Source: Acidimicrobiales bacterium
GTDB taxonomy: Bacteria; Actinomycetota; Acidimicrobiia; Acidimicrobiales; Bog-793
Assembly (NCBI GenBank): GCA_035625025.1
Contig: DASPQJ010000030.1
Coordinates: forward strand, 2,993 to 66,992
Reading direction: 5' to 3'
DNA length: 64,000 nucleotides
Shown: piece by piece, positions 10,441 to 19,494 of the stretch
Numbering within the stretch: position 1 is the first letter of the stretch
Layout: each line of letters starts with the position of its first letter
The notes under the pieces: model-generated
Database searches by the model: none
The model's input: the letters and a program-made list of their open reading frames with translations, nothing else
Told to the model about the DNA's origin: nothing
Position numbers and translations under genes: made by a program

Positions 10441-11889
10441 ATGGTCATGCGTCGGATCTTCGCTCCACTGTTGGTCGCGTTTCTCGTCGTCGGTGCGTCA
10501 GCGGCGGCGGTGTCCTCCGCAGGACCACCGGGCGCCGACATCACCCGGGGAACACCGAGCGAAGTCGCCGGATCGCTCAACATCGGCGGTGACGCGCACA
10601 TCTCTTCGATCTCGTGCCCCTCGGACGGGAACTGTGTTGCCGGTGGGGACTATCTAGACGGTTCCAAGCACGAACAGGCCTTCGTTGTCGACGAGGTCAA
10701 CGGCGTCTGGAAACCGGCAAGCGAGGTCGCCGGGCTGTTCAACACCGGCGGCCACGCGCAGATCAATTCGATCTCGTGCCCCTCGGACGGCGACTGCATC
10801 GCTGCTGGGTCCTACAGCGAAGGCCCCGGGCAATTCCAAGCCTTCGTCGTCGACGAGGTCGGAGGCGTCTGGAAACCGGCGGGCAAGGTTGCCGCCTCGC
10901 TCAACACCGCTGGTCTAGCCGCGACTCAATCGGTCTCCTGCCCCTCGGACGGGAACTGTGTTGCCGGTGGGTCCTACAGAGACGGCTCCCAGCACTTCCA
11001 GGCCTTTCTCGTCGACGAGGTCGAAGGCGTCTGGAAACCGCCACGCGAGGTCGCCGGATCGCTCAACGCCGGTGGCTACGCGCAGATCAACTCGGTCTCG
11101 TGCCCCTCGGACGGGAACTGCGGCGCCGGTGGGTACTACACCGACGGCTTCAAGCACCAACAGGCCTTCTTCGTCGACGAGGTCGGAGGCGTCTGGAAAT
11201 CGCCACGCGAGATCGCCGGATCGCTCAACGCTGGCAGCTACGCGCAGATCAACTCGGTCTCGTGCCCCTCCGACGACAACTGCGGCGCCGCTGGGTCCTT
11301 TACCGACAGCTTCGGACACTCCCAGGCCTTTGTCGTCGACGAGGTCGGGGGCGTCTGGAAACCGGCGCGCGAAGTCGCCGGATCGCTCAACACCGGCGGT
11401 ATCGCGGGGATCTCCTCGGTCTCGTGCCCCTCGGACGGCAACTGCGTCGTGGGTGGGTCCTATAGAGACGGCTCCGGGCACTTCCAAGCCTTCGTCGTCG
11501 ACGAAGTTGAAGACGTCTGGACACCGTCACGTGAAATCGCCGGATCGCTCAACACCGGCGGCTACGCGCAGATCAACTCGGTCTCGTGTCCCCCGGACGG
11601 CGACTGCGTCGTCGGTGGGTCCGCCACCGACGGCTCAGGGCACACCCAGGCCTTCGTCGTCGACAAGATCGGAGACGTCTGGAAACCGGCGCGCGAAGTC
11701 GCCCGATCGCTCAACACCGGCGATGACGCGTGGACCCAATCGATCTCGTGTCCCCCGGACGGCAATTGCGTCGCCGGTGGCTACTACACCGACAGCTCCA
11801 ACCACCAACAGGCCTTTGTCGTCAATGATGGACGGTCGCTCCCTCCTGCACCGTCACCTTCCGCCCCAACGTCGGGACGGGGACCATGA
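10441..11889 (+). CDS. Secreted repeat protein of unknown family: signal peptide plus about eight 54-aa two-Cys repeats
   Basis: The N-terminus MVMRRIFAPLLVAFLVVGASAAAVSSAG looks like a signal peptide. It is followed by repeats of consensus SCPSDGNCVAGGxYxDGSxHxQAFVVDEVxGVWKPAxEVAGSLNTGGYAQINSV. I do not recognise the repeat family. Confidence 0.8.
   Translation: MVMRRIFAPLLVAFLVVGASAAAVSSAGPPGADITRGTPSEVAGSLNIGGDAHISSISCPSDGNCVAGGDYLDGSKHEQAFVVDEVNGVWKPASEVAGLFNTGGHAQINSISCPSDGDCIAAGSYSEGPGQFQAFVVDEVGGVWKPAGKVAASLNTAGLAATQSVSCPSDGNCVAGGSYRDGSQHFQAFLVDEVEGVWKPPREVAGSLNAGGYAQINSVSCPSDGNCGAGGYYTDGFKHQQAFFVDEVGGVWKSPREIAGSLNAGSYAQINSVSCPSDDNCGAAGSFTDSFGHSQAFVVDEVGGVWKPAREVAGSLNTGGIAGISSVSCPSDGNCVVGGSYRDGSGHFQAFVVDEVEDVWTPSREIAGSLNTGGYAQINSVSCPPDGDCVVGGSATDGSGHTQAFVVDKIGDVWKPAREVARSLNTGDDAWTQSISCPPDGNCVAGGYYTDSSNHQQAFVVNDGRSLPPAPSPSAPTSGRGP
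10561..11829 (+). repeat. Tandem in-frame coding repeat, period 162 bp, about 7.8 copies
   Basis: The string ctcgtgcccc(tcggacgg) recurs at 10611, 10773 and 10935 and onward, at exact 162-nt spacing (54 codons). The copies are diverged but clearly homologous at the DNA level. Confidence 0.85.
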
Positions 11890-12072
11890 GCGCCGAGCCC
11901 CACACCTCGGGCGTTGCCGAGGCGCTCAGGGCCAATGCCTTCCCGCGCACCGGCTGCGCCTTCGCCGACTGGAGCACGAGGACCAACGGCTCGGGTACCG
12001 CCTACAACAAACCGCGGGAGGATCACGATCGACGCCTCCCTTTCCTTCTACGCCCGCTGGCACGCCGTCTGA
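11829..12072 (+). pseudogene. Out-of-frame InlB B-repeat (Listeria-Bacteroides repeat, Flg_new-like) domain remnant at the 3' end of the repeat-protein gene
   Basis: The frame one nt behind the CDS frame reads WTVAPSCTVTFRPNVGTGTMSAEPHTSGVAEALRANAFPRTGCAFADWSTRTNGSGTAYN (11829 to about 12008). The sequence then returns to the CDS frame as NRGRITIDASLSFYARWHAV-stop (12010..12072). Joined, these fit the pattern xTVTFxxNGGTGxM...L..N.F.R.GY.F.GWNT..xGSGT.Y......xLYA.W. Confidence 0.55.
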
Positions 12073-12423
12073 CACGATGAACGCAACCGCGGCCGCGTAT
12101 GGCGGCCACGGATCAAGACGTGCCGCAATCGCCAGTCGGAGATTGCGGGCGATGAACCGCCGACACATACCCCTCGGCCGCTGACTTCCTTCAGTCGAGT
12201 TGGAGGCGGGCGCCCCCGATCGACGTCATTGATGCTCGCCAATCAATGAGGTGTTGCGACGATCAGTTGAGGACACACCGGTTAGGAGTCGCTCTGGAAG
12301 GAGGGCACAGGCATCGGCCGACCCCAGATTGAGGGGGCAGCGATGGGAGAGACGGCTGAGAACCTGTCCGTGTTTGTTGCGTCTTGGCGGCCGCTATCTC
12401 TTATCCCCCCGCGCGATCACAGG

Positions 12424-12496
12424 CGCCCCCGGCAGGACTCGAACCTGCGACACGCGGTTTAGGAAACCGCTGCTCTATCCCCTGAGCTACGGGGGC
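12424..12496 (-). tRNA. tRNA-Arg (anticodon CCT)
   Basis: The reverse complement reads GCCCCCGTAGCTCAGGGGATAGAGCAGCGGTTTCCTAAACCGCGTGTCGCAGGTTCGAGTCCTGCCGGGGGCG. It has a 7-bp acceptor stem (GCCCCCG/CGGGGGC), a D arm, an anticodon stem GCGGT/ACCGC with loop TTCCTAA, and a T arm GCAGG-TTCGAGT-CCTGC. The 3' CCA is not fully encoded; the next bases are CCT. Confidence 0.9.
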
Positions 12497-12743
12497 GACG
12501 TCTCCGTTGATACGCCTGGTCCACGATTCTTATCGCTCGCGCCGGCCGCCCGTTCGACATCCCGATTGTCGCGGGCTGCCAAGAGCCGGGTCACAGCGGC
12601 GATCGGTGATCTCCGCCAGGAACGTGTTTCCGAACGTCATCGAGCGAAGCCGTGGTCGAGCGTGCACAATGGCGGGATCGACCGGCGTCGGATTCGATGC
12701 GGGACACGCGCGCCCGACGCCACCTGTGAGAAAGGTGGAACAG

Positions 12744-13136
12744 ATGAAGGACTTCAAGGCGTTCCTTCTTCGGGGCAACGTCGTCGACCTCGCGATCGCG
12801 GTCGTCATCGGCATCGCGTTCGGAGCGGTCATCACGGCATTCGTTCGGGACCTGATCACGCCGCTGATCGCAATACCCGGGAAGACGAACTTCGCGTCGC
12901 TCCATTTCACCGTGAACAAGAGCACCTTCTTTTACGGTGACTTCGTCAACTACGTCGTCGCCTTCGTCATTCTCGCGGCCGTGATTTTCTTTCTGGTGGT
13001 CAGGCCACTCAACGCAGTTATGGCGCGCCGCCAAGCCGGCACCGCTCCGACGACGAAGACCTGCGAGCACTGTGCCAGCACGATCCCTGTAGCCGCGCAC
13101 GTCTGCGCGTTCTGTTCTCGCGACGTTTCCTCTTAA
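12744..13136 (+). CDS. mscL: Large-conductance mechanosensitive channel MscL with a C-terminal CxxC..CxxC extension
   Basis: MKDFKAFLLRGNVVDLAIAVVIGIAFGAVITAFVRDLITPLI is the canonical MscL TM1 region. The ATG is at 12744. The C-terminus ends KTCEHCASTIPVAAHVCAFCSRDV. Confidence 0.9.
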   Translation: MKDFKAFLLRGNVVDLAIAVVIGIAFGAVITAFVRDLITPLIAIPGKTNFASLHFTVNKSTFFYGDFVNYVVAFVILAAVIFFLVVRPLNAVMARRQAGTAPTTKTCEHCASTIPVAAHVCAFCSRDVSS

Positions 13137-13381
13137 CGGGGCAATCCCAGATCATCTCGTCCAACGAAGGCGACCTTCTAGCGCGCTGACGAGGCCCGAC
13201 CTTCTCTGATGGACGTCCTAGCGGGCGCGGTGTCGCGTCCGCGCGCGCGAGCGGACGAGAAACTGTTGCGGCTTCATGTTCCTCAAGTCTCCAAGACAAG
13301 TTGAGAACGGCTCGCTCTTGCCCGTCGTCTCATCCGACCCTGCGGATCCAGAACGCGATGGGCGGCGCAAACGAGGTCCAC

Positions 13382-14437
13382 CTATTCGGTAGACGGTTTT
13401 GCCTGGGAGATGACGGTTTTCGATGAGTCGATGACGATCTTCGCGGACTTAGCTGCTGTCGCTACCCGGCGGGCCGGCCGACCCGCCGCAAGTAGCGGAT
13501 TGATGTTGCCGTTTGCCGCGTTGGCCGCGCCCCCCAGGTGGCCGACCGCGTAGCTGTCCTCGATCGAGGCCAGGATGCCAGCGGTGTCCACCGGGGTCGT
13601 GTCTTTTCGCGGGGAGGCCTTCAAAGCGTTGGAGACCACGATCGTCGGGATGTGTCCCCCGTCGGTGCCGTTGAACCCGGAGTCTTCGGTGTCGGACTCG
13701 TCCCATTCGATGATGATCTCGCCGCCGGATTTGTACCAGGCGGTGGATTGCACCTTGGGAACAAGCCTCGCCAAGAAGGCGTCTCCTTCTTGCACGGTGC
13801 CATCGTGCTCGTCGTCGATGAGGTTGGGCGTATACCAAACAAAATCCGGGGGGCGAGAAGAGTTGAGGTCACGCACGAGCGAAGTTGAGTCGGCGATGGG
13901 CATCTTCGTGGAGGGGAAGTACGCCCAGGGAAAGTGTCGGACGGCATACTCACCTGAGTCGCGGGAGGGGTCGGGCGGGAGGTCCTCGGCATAGGCCTTC
14001 TCGCTGAACCCGGCCGCCGCCAACTGGTCGGCCAGGGTGGCGACCCTGGGAAAGGAGTGCGCTGACGGGGCGTCGTCATCGGTCACTCCTTGACTGGAGC
14101 CGGAGACCAAGACCAGGTAGTTGGGAAGCGACGGGTGGCCGAACGCGAAGCTCTGCGTGGCCAGGCCGTAGTGCTGCGCGAGCGCATTCGTGTAGGGCTG
14201 GTCCGCCTGCCCGATCACCTCGGAGTAGTTCTTGTTCTCCATCATGATGACCATGATGTGGGACGCGGAGCGGTGCCTCTCGGCCGTCGGACTGGGCAAG
14301 GTTGTGCGTGCAGCGCGGGATGAACCGCCGATGCTGTCGGGTGACAAGGGATTTCTCGTGGGAGCTGGTTCACTGCCACCGGAGAGAACAGCGATCGTCA
14401 GGAATGCGGCGCCGAAGCCGCGCCAGACCATCCCCAT
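13382..14437 (-). CDS. Secreted phosphoesterase family protein (acid phosphatase / phospholipase C-like)
   Basis: Has a signal-like N-terminus. HIMVIMMENKNYSEVIG, HPSLPNYLVLVSG and YTPNLIDDEHDG are typical of the phosphoesterase family (AcpA/PlcN-like). Confidence 0.8.
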   Translation of the reverse strand: MGMVWRGFGAAFLTIAVLSGGSEPAPTRNPLSPDSIGGSSRAARTTLPSPTAERHRSASHIMVIMMENKNYSEVIGQADQPYTNALAQHYGLATQSFAFGHPSLPNYLVLVSGSSQGVTDDDAPSAHSFPRVATLADQLAAAGFSEKAYAEDLPPDPSRDSGEYAVRHFPWAYFPSTKMPIADSTSLVRDLNSSRPPDFVWYTPNLIDDEHDGTVQEGDAFLARLVPKVQSTAWYKSGGEIIIEWDESDTEDSGFNGTDGGHIPTIVVSNALKASPRKDTTPVDTAGILASIEDSYAVGHLGGAANAANGNINPLLAAGRPARRVATAAKSAKIVIDSSKTVISQAKPSTE

Positions 14438-14686
14438 ATCCAGAAGCTAGCGACTCCTTGGGGTCGATTTCTCGTCACGGCACCCAGCTGGTGAGTGGGC
14501 TGACCGTGATGCTCGCGCTCACCGAGAAGGTCGAATTCTGTACGCAGATCGGGTTCACGCGGCGCGAGCGTGACCTCGCCGACGCACCCGGGGCGCGACG
14601 TGGTGATCGTGCGGGACCGACGCTGGAGCGGGAATGGCTCGAGAGAAGGTCGGCGGCGCTCAGCTGGTCGCCCTGCCCGGCGCGAT

Positions 14687-15469
14687 TCAGCGCGACTTGG
14701 CTTTGTCCGCGACGATGCAAACGGCCTCGCAAGCGAGTGAGATCGTGTTCCCGCGGGCGCTGGCCGCGTCCGCGAGTCGATCGAGAAACAGCTCCCGTCT
14801 CTTTTCCGGGAGGATCGCGACGCCGCTGTGGGTTCTCACGAGATCCAAGAACTCCTCAGGACGGAGCTCCCAAGCCCACGGGAAGCGCTTCACGGAGCAT
14901 GAGGCGAATCTGCCGCAATTCTCGATCGAGGCGACGTGATCCGCAGTCTGGGACTCGTGGCGCCGGGTGTTGTGCCGACCGATCCCGCTTCCTTCCAGAT
15001 CGGGCGCGAAGGTCTCGTAGGCTGCCTCGACGGCGGCACCGAGTGCTTCATCGCTGGTGTACTCGTAGTTCCAGAACGCGGCGAGCCGGCCGTTCGACGT
15101 GAGTACGTCTGCCGCTCTCGCCGGGCCGACGTTCGGATCGACCCAGTGCCAGGCCTGTCCGCTCACCACGAGATCAAAGCTCCGTCCGGCCGCGTCCCAC
15201 TTTTCGAACGACGCGACCTCGACGGGGATGCCGCGGTCCTGCGCGATCGCCGCCATCCGTTGGTCGATCTCGATCCCCAGCACCTCACAGTCCCGCGCGG
15301 CGAACAGCACTGCCGCCTTGCCGGTGCCGCATCCGACGTCGAGAACGCGGCGGCCCCCTGTGGGACAGACCCAGTCGACGAGCTCACTCGGATAGGTCGG
15401 ACGTGAACGGTCATACTGCTCGGCATACTCGCCGAAAGCTTCGGCTCGCCTTCGTTCCTCGTGAAGCAC
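14687..15469 (-). CDS. Class I SAM-dependent methyltransferase
   Basis: Contains motif I VLDVGCGTGKAAVLFA, then EVLGIEID and DLVVSGQAWHWVD. The start is uncertain: GTG at 15469 was chosen because the longest ORF (to 15607) would overlap the gabD start. There are visibly more A/T-ending codons than in neighbouring genes. Confidence 0.75.
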   Translation of the reverse strand: MLHEERRRAEAFGEYAEQYDRSRPTYPSELVDWVCPTGGRRVLDVGCGTGKAAVLFAARDCEVLGIEIDQRMAAIAQDRGIPVEVASFEKWDAAGRSFDLVVSGQAWHWVDPNVGPARAADVLTSNGRLAAFWNYEYTSDEALGAAVEAAYETFAPDLEGSGIGRHNTRRHESQTADHVASIENCGRFASCSVKRFPWAWELRPEEFLDLVRTHSGVAILPEKRRELFLDRLADAASARGNTISLACEAVCIVADKAKSR

Positions 15470-15599
15470 TCGTCCATTGTTACCGGTCTCCGTCCTCCGT
15501 CGGCCGAACGTCAGCTCTCCGGCACCCGTTGGCGTATGTCGAGCTTCGGGCTTCTCGCCGGCTCCCGGTTTCCGGCGGGACGGGCGTATCCTCGGGCCA

Positions 15600-17048
15600 A
15601 TGGGCAAGAGCGCGCCTCCGCTGCAGACGGACTGTCACCTGGGCGGTGACTGGTGCCTGGCCAAAGACGGTCGGCGTTTCGAGGTCACCGACCCCGCGAC
15701 CGGTAGGCCGATCGAGACGGTCGCCGACGCCTCGCCAGTCGACGGGCTCGCCGCCGTCGCCGCGGCGCACAATGCCTTCGAGGCGTGGTCGCAGGTGGCG
15801 CCGCGCCAACGCGGGGAGGTCCTGCGGCGGGCGTTCGCGCTCATGACCGAGCGCGCCGAGGAGCTGGCGCGCCTCGTGGTCGCGGAGAACGGCAAGGCGC
15901 TCGCCGACGCGCGCGGCGAGGTGGCGTACGCCGCGGAATTCTTCCGTTGGTACTCCGAGGAGGCGGTGCGCAACAGCGGCGAGTTCGTCAGGGCACCCGT
16001 CGGCACGAACCGGATCCTCGTGTTGCGTCAGCCGATCGGTGTCGCCCTCCTCGTCACGCCGTGGAACTTCCCCGCGGCGATGCTGACCCGCAAGATCGGC
16101 CCGGCACTCGCCGCGGGGTGCACCGTCGTCTGCAAGCCGGCTCGGGAAACCCCGCTGACCGCGCTGGCGATTTCCGGGATACTGGACGAAGCGGGAGTCC
16201 CCCCGGGCGTGGTGAACGTCGTGCCGAGTTCGCGACCCGGACCGCTCATCGATGCCGTCCTGGCCGATGCGCGGGTCCGCAAGCTCTCCTTCACCGGTTC
16301 GACCGAGGTCGGCCGGATGCTCCTTGCCAAGGCGTCGGAGCGGGTCGTCAACTGTTCGATGGAGCTCGGCGGGAACGCGCCATTCATCGTCTTCGCTGAC
16401 GCCGATCTCGACGCCGCCGTCGCGGGCGCGATGGTCGCCAAGATGCGCAACGGCGGCGAGGCCTGTACCGCGGCGAACCGCTTCTATGTCGAGGAGACCG
16501 TCGCCGCCGAGTTCTTGGCGCGGTTCGCTACCTCGATGGCCGCGATCCGCATGGGCAACGGCCTCGACGAAGGGGTCGGGCTCGGCCCGCTCGTCAACGC
16601 CGAGTCGCGCGACAAGGTCGCCCGTCTCGTTGCGGGGGCGCTCGACGCTGGGGCACGGGCGTTGGTCGGCGGATCCGTTCCGGACGGCCCGGGGTATTTC
16701 TACCCGGCGACCATTCTCGACCGGGTCGCTCCGGGGTCGTCGATCCTGAAAGAGGAGATCTTCGGTCCGGTCGCGCCGATCGTCACGTTCGGATCGGAGT
16801 CCGAGGCGGTCGAGTGGGCGAACGACTCGATTCTCGGCCTCGTTTCCTACGTCTACACGGGCGATCTGGCACGCGGCCTGCGGGTCGCCGAGGCGTTGGA
16901 GACCGGCATGGTGGGCCTCAACCGCGGGCTGGTCTCAGATCCTGCCGCTCCTTTCGGCGGCGTGAAGCAGTCCGGGCTCGGCCGGGAGGGTGGTCACGAG
17001 GGGATGAAGGAGTATCTCGAAACGAAGTACGTCGCTTTTTCGTGGTGA
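15600..17048 (+). CDS. gabD: NAD(P)-dependent succinate-semialdehyde dehydrogenase (aldehyde dehydrogenase family)
   Basis: FEAWSQVAPRQRGEVLRRAFALM, VTPWNFPAAM, KLSFTGSTEVG, MELGGNAPFIVF and EEIFGPVAPI are GabD-type ALDH motifs. The ATG is at 15600. Confidence 0.85.
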   Translation: MGKSAPPLQTDCHLGGDWCLAKDGRRFEVTDPATGRPIETVADASPVDGLAAVAAAHNAFEAWSQVAPRQRGEVLRRAFALMTERAEELARLVVAENGKALADARGEVAYAAEFFRWYSEEAVRNSGEFVRAPVGTNRILVLRQPIGVALLVTPWNFPAAMLTRKIGPALAAGCTVVCKPARETPLTALAISGILDEAGVPPGVVNVVPSSRPGPLIDAVLADARVRKLSFTGSTEVGRMLLAKASERVVNCSMELGGNAPFIVFADADLDAAVAGAMVAKMRNGGEACTAANRFYVEETVAAEFLARFATSMAAIRMGNGLDEGVGLGPLVNAESRDKVARLVAGALDAGARALVGGSVPDGPGYFYPATILDRVAPGSSILKEEIFGPVAPIVTFGSESEAVEWANDSILGLVSYVYTGDLARGLRVAEALETGMVGLNRGLVSDPAAPFGGVKQSGLGREGGHEGMKEYLETKYVAFSW

Positions 17049-17117
17049 CCCGAGCATGCGACAGAGGCCCTACCGACTGCGTGTCGCGTCGCACGGACTG
17101 GCTGAACCGGTAGCAGG

Positions 17118-18290
17118 TTGACCGACCGAATCGACCTCGACTGTCTTGGACGCGCCCAACTTGCGGCCCGACGCGGTGAGAAGTGGGCGCTCGTTCCGGC
17201 GGGGACGATCCCTCTGTGGGTCGCCGACATGGACTTCCCGGTCGCGCCCCCGATCCGTCGCGTCCTCGAGGAGGCGATTGCAACCGGCGACCTCGGCTAT
17301 CCGATGTCCTCGCTCGAGCAGACTCTCGCGTCAACGTTCGCCACTTGGACCAAGTCCCGCCACGGACTCGACGTCGATCCGGTCTCCGTGGTCGTCACGA
17401 CGGACGTCGTCCAAGCGATCTACTTCGCGATCGATTCGCTGAGCGAACCCGGTGACGGCGTTCTCACGCTCATGCCCGCTTATCCGCCGTACTTCCTCGC
17501 GCTCGAGGAGAAATCGCGCCGAATGGTCGCCCACGAGCTCGCGGTCCGCGACGGTGCCTACCGGTTCGACGCCGAAGAACTGCGGCAAATCGTCGCCCGT
17601 GAGCGGCCGCGTCTCCTGCTGCTCTGCAACCCGCAGAATCCGACGGGCAGGGTGTTCAGCCGCGCGGAGCTCCTCGACCTCGCGTCGATCGCGGTCGAGG
17701 CCGACCTGGTGGTCATCGCCGACGAGATCCACTGCGATCTCGTCTACCCCGGATCAACACACATCCCCATCGCTTCGCTCGGCGACGAGATCGCCCGGCG
17801 CACGATCACTTTGTCCTCGGCGAGCAAGACCTTCAACCTTGCCGGTCTGCGCTGCGCCGTCGCGGCGTGCGGATCTGAGTACCTCGCGGCCCGGTTGCGC
17901 GCGATCCCGAAGCGACAGCGCGGCCGAGCAAATAACCTCGGCATCCTTGCCGCGATCACCGCTTGGCAGGAGGGGAGACCCTGGCTCGATGCCGTCATCG
18001 CTCATCTCGCCGCCAACCGTGATCGGGTGACGGACGAGCTCGCCCAATTCGGCCAGGTGACGTGCATCCCGCCGGAGGCGACCTACCTCGCCTGGCTCGA
18101 CATGCGCCGGACGGGCCTTGGGGACGACCCGGCCCAGGAGCTCTCCCGAAGAGCGCACGTGAAGCTGATGTCAGGTCCAGAATTCGGGCCAGCCGGTCGG
18201 GGACACGCCCGTCTCAACTTCGCGACGACGACCGCCGTGCTCGGCGAGGCGCTCGAGCGGATCGCGCGATTCCTCTCCGCGCTCCCCTGA
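17118..18290 (+). CDS. PatB/MalY-type PLP-dependent C-S lyase (aminotransferase class I/II fold)
   Basis: RRGEKWA..PLWVADMDFPVAPPI, LLCNPQNPTGRVF and the PLP-lysine motif SASKTFNLAGLR are present. The TTG start from the track is uncertain. Confidence 0.8.
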   Translation: MTDRIDLDCLGRAQLAARRGEKWALVPAGTIPLWVADMDFPVAPPIRRVLEEAIATGDLGYPMSSLEQTLASTFATWTKSRHGLDVDPVSVVVTTDVVQAIYFAIDSLSEPGDGVLTLMPAYPPYFLALEEKSRRMVAHELAVRDGAYRFDAEELRQIVARERPRLLLLCNPQNPTGRVFSRAELLDLASIAVEADLVVIADEIHCDLVYPGSTHIPIASLGDEIARRTITLSSASKTFNLAGLRCAVAACGSEYLAARLRAIPKRQRGRANNLGILAAITAWQEGRPWLDAVIAHLAANRDRVTDELAQFGQVTCIPPEATYLAWLDMRRTGLGDDPAQELSRRAHVKLMSGPEFGPAGRGHARLNFATTTAVLGEALERIARFLSALP

Positions 18291-18312
18291 GCGATCGGGA
18301 TCTCCGGCGCCC

Positions 18313-19494
18313 CTACGGAGCCAGCTCGGTCGCGTCCTCGGGGAGGAGGGAGACGAGGTTCGACAGGCGCGCGTCGTTCGAGAAGACCTCGATGATCGGC
18401 ACCGACAGGCCGAGCCGGCGTTGCAGGCGTTCGGCGGGAAGCTCCTGATCCCAGAGCAGCAACGTGACGACGACGCCGGCCTCGCCCGCTCGGGCGGTCC
18501 GCCCGGAGCGGTGGAGGTAGGCCTTCTGGTCCTCGGGCGGGTCGAAGTGGACGACGACGTCGACGCCTTCGATGTCGAGACCGCGGGCGGCGACATCGGT
18601 CGCGACGAGCGCCTGGAGCCTGCCCCGCGCGAAGTCGACAAGGGCGTGTTCGCGTGCTTGCTGGCGCAGGTCCCCGTGGATCGCCGCGGCACGCACGCCT
18701 TCCCTGTGGAGAGCCGAGGTGAGGCGATCCGCGCCCCGCTTGGTGCGGACGAAGACGAGGGTCTTGCCCGCGCCGCGCGCGATCGCCCCGACGACTTTCG
18801 CCTTGTCGAGCTGGTGGACCTTGAAGAAATGGTGCTCCATCTCCTCCACGGTGACCTGGTCAGAGCGGGTCTCGTGAAAAACCGGGTCGGCGAGATGGCG
18901 CCTCACGAGACGGTCGACTGTCGAATCGAGCGTCGCCGAGAAAAGGAGCGTCTGGTGAGGCCCCGTGATGCGGCGGAGCAGCCACTCGACTTGCGGCATG
19001 AACCCCATGTCCGCCATGCGGTCGGCTTCGTCGACGACGAGTGTCGAGATCTCCGACAACACGATCGCGCGACGGTCGACGAGATCGATCAGCCTTCCCG
19101 GCGTTGCCACGACGACGTCGAGCCCCTGGTTCACGAGTCGGACCTGCCTGTCGAGGTCGGCGCCCCCGTAGACAGCGCCGACGCGTCTGTCGATTGTGGC
19201 GCCGAAATGGGCGAGGACCTCGGTGACCTGGAGCGCGAGCTCCCGCGTCGGTTCGAGGACGAGCGACGCGGGGTGGCGGGACGCGGTGACCGGCGTGGCC
19301 ATCAGCAACGGGAGCCCGAAGGCGAGCGTCTTGCCGCTGCCTGTCTTGGCCTTGCCGCAGACGTCGCGGCCGGCGATGGCGTCGGGGATCGTTAGCGTCT
19401 GAACCTCGAAGGGTTCCTCGATCCCGTCGGCCGTGAGGGCTGCGACGAGCCTCGCGTCGACACCGAGTTCGGCGAAGGTCGGCGTCGCAGTCAT
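18313..19494 (-). CDS. DEAD-box ATP-dependent RNA helicase
   Basis: Contains the Q-motif region FAELGV..PFEVQ, Walker A AKTGSGKTLAF, DEAD box VVDEADRM, SAT, and HRSGRTARAG. Confidence 0.9.
   Translation of the reverse strand: MTATPTFAELGVDARLVAALTADGIEEPFEVQTLTIPDAIAGRDVCGKAKTGSGKTLAFGLPLLMATPVTASRHPASLVLEPTRELALQVTEVLAHFGATIDRRVGAVYGGADLDRQVRLVNQGLDVVVATPGRLIDLVDRRAIVLSEISTLVVDEADRMADMGFMPQVEWLLRRITGPHQTLLFSATLDSTVDRLVRRHLADPVFHETRSDQVTVEEMEHHFFKVHQLDKAKVVGAIARGAGKTLVFVRTKRGADRLTSALHREGVRAAAIHGDLRQQAREHALVDFARGRLQALVATDVAARGLDIEGVDVVVHFDPPEDQKAYLHRSGRTARAGEAGVVVTLLLWDQELPAERLQRRLGLSVPIIEVFSNDARLSNLVSLLPEDATELAP

Noticed and set aside
10561-11829. A regularly spaced 162-bp repeat, considered as a possible CRISPR or other non-coding array.
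   Set aside because: The period is a multiple of 3, the whole array is one open frame with strong codon bias, and there is no repeat/spacer alternation. It is a protein-coding tandem repeat.
11826-11889. Programmed ribosomal frameshifting to reach the downstream InlB B-repeat domain.
   Set aside because: There is no X-XXY-YYZ slippery heptamer or obvious stimulatory structure at the required shift site (aat gat gga cgg tcg). A second, opposite shift would also be needed about 180 nt later. Gene decay or assembly indels are simpler explanations.
9831-12496. A tRNA-Arg-anchored genomic island carrying the repeat-protein gene.
   Set aside because: The position at the tRNA 3' side and the long non-coding flanks are suggestive. 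However, I found no integrase, no direct repeat of the tRNA 3' end in 9831-10440, and no clear compositional break within the CDS. The idea is not supported by this window alone.
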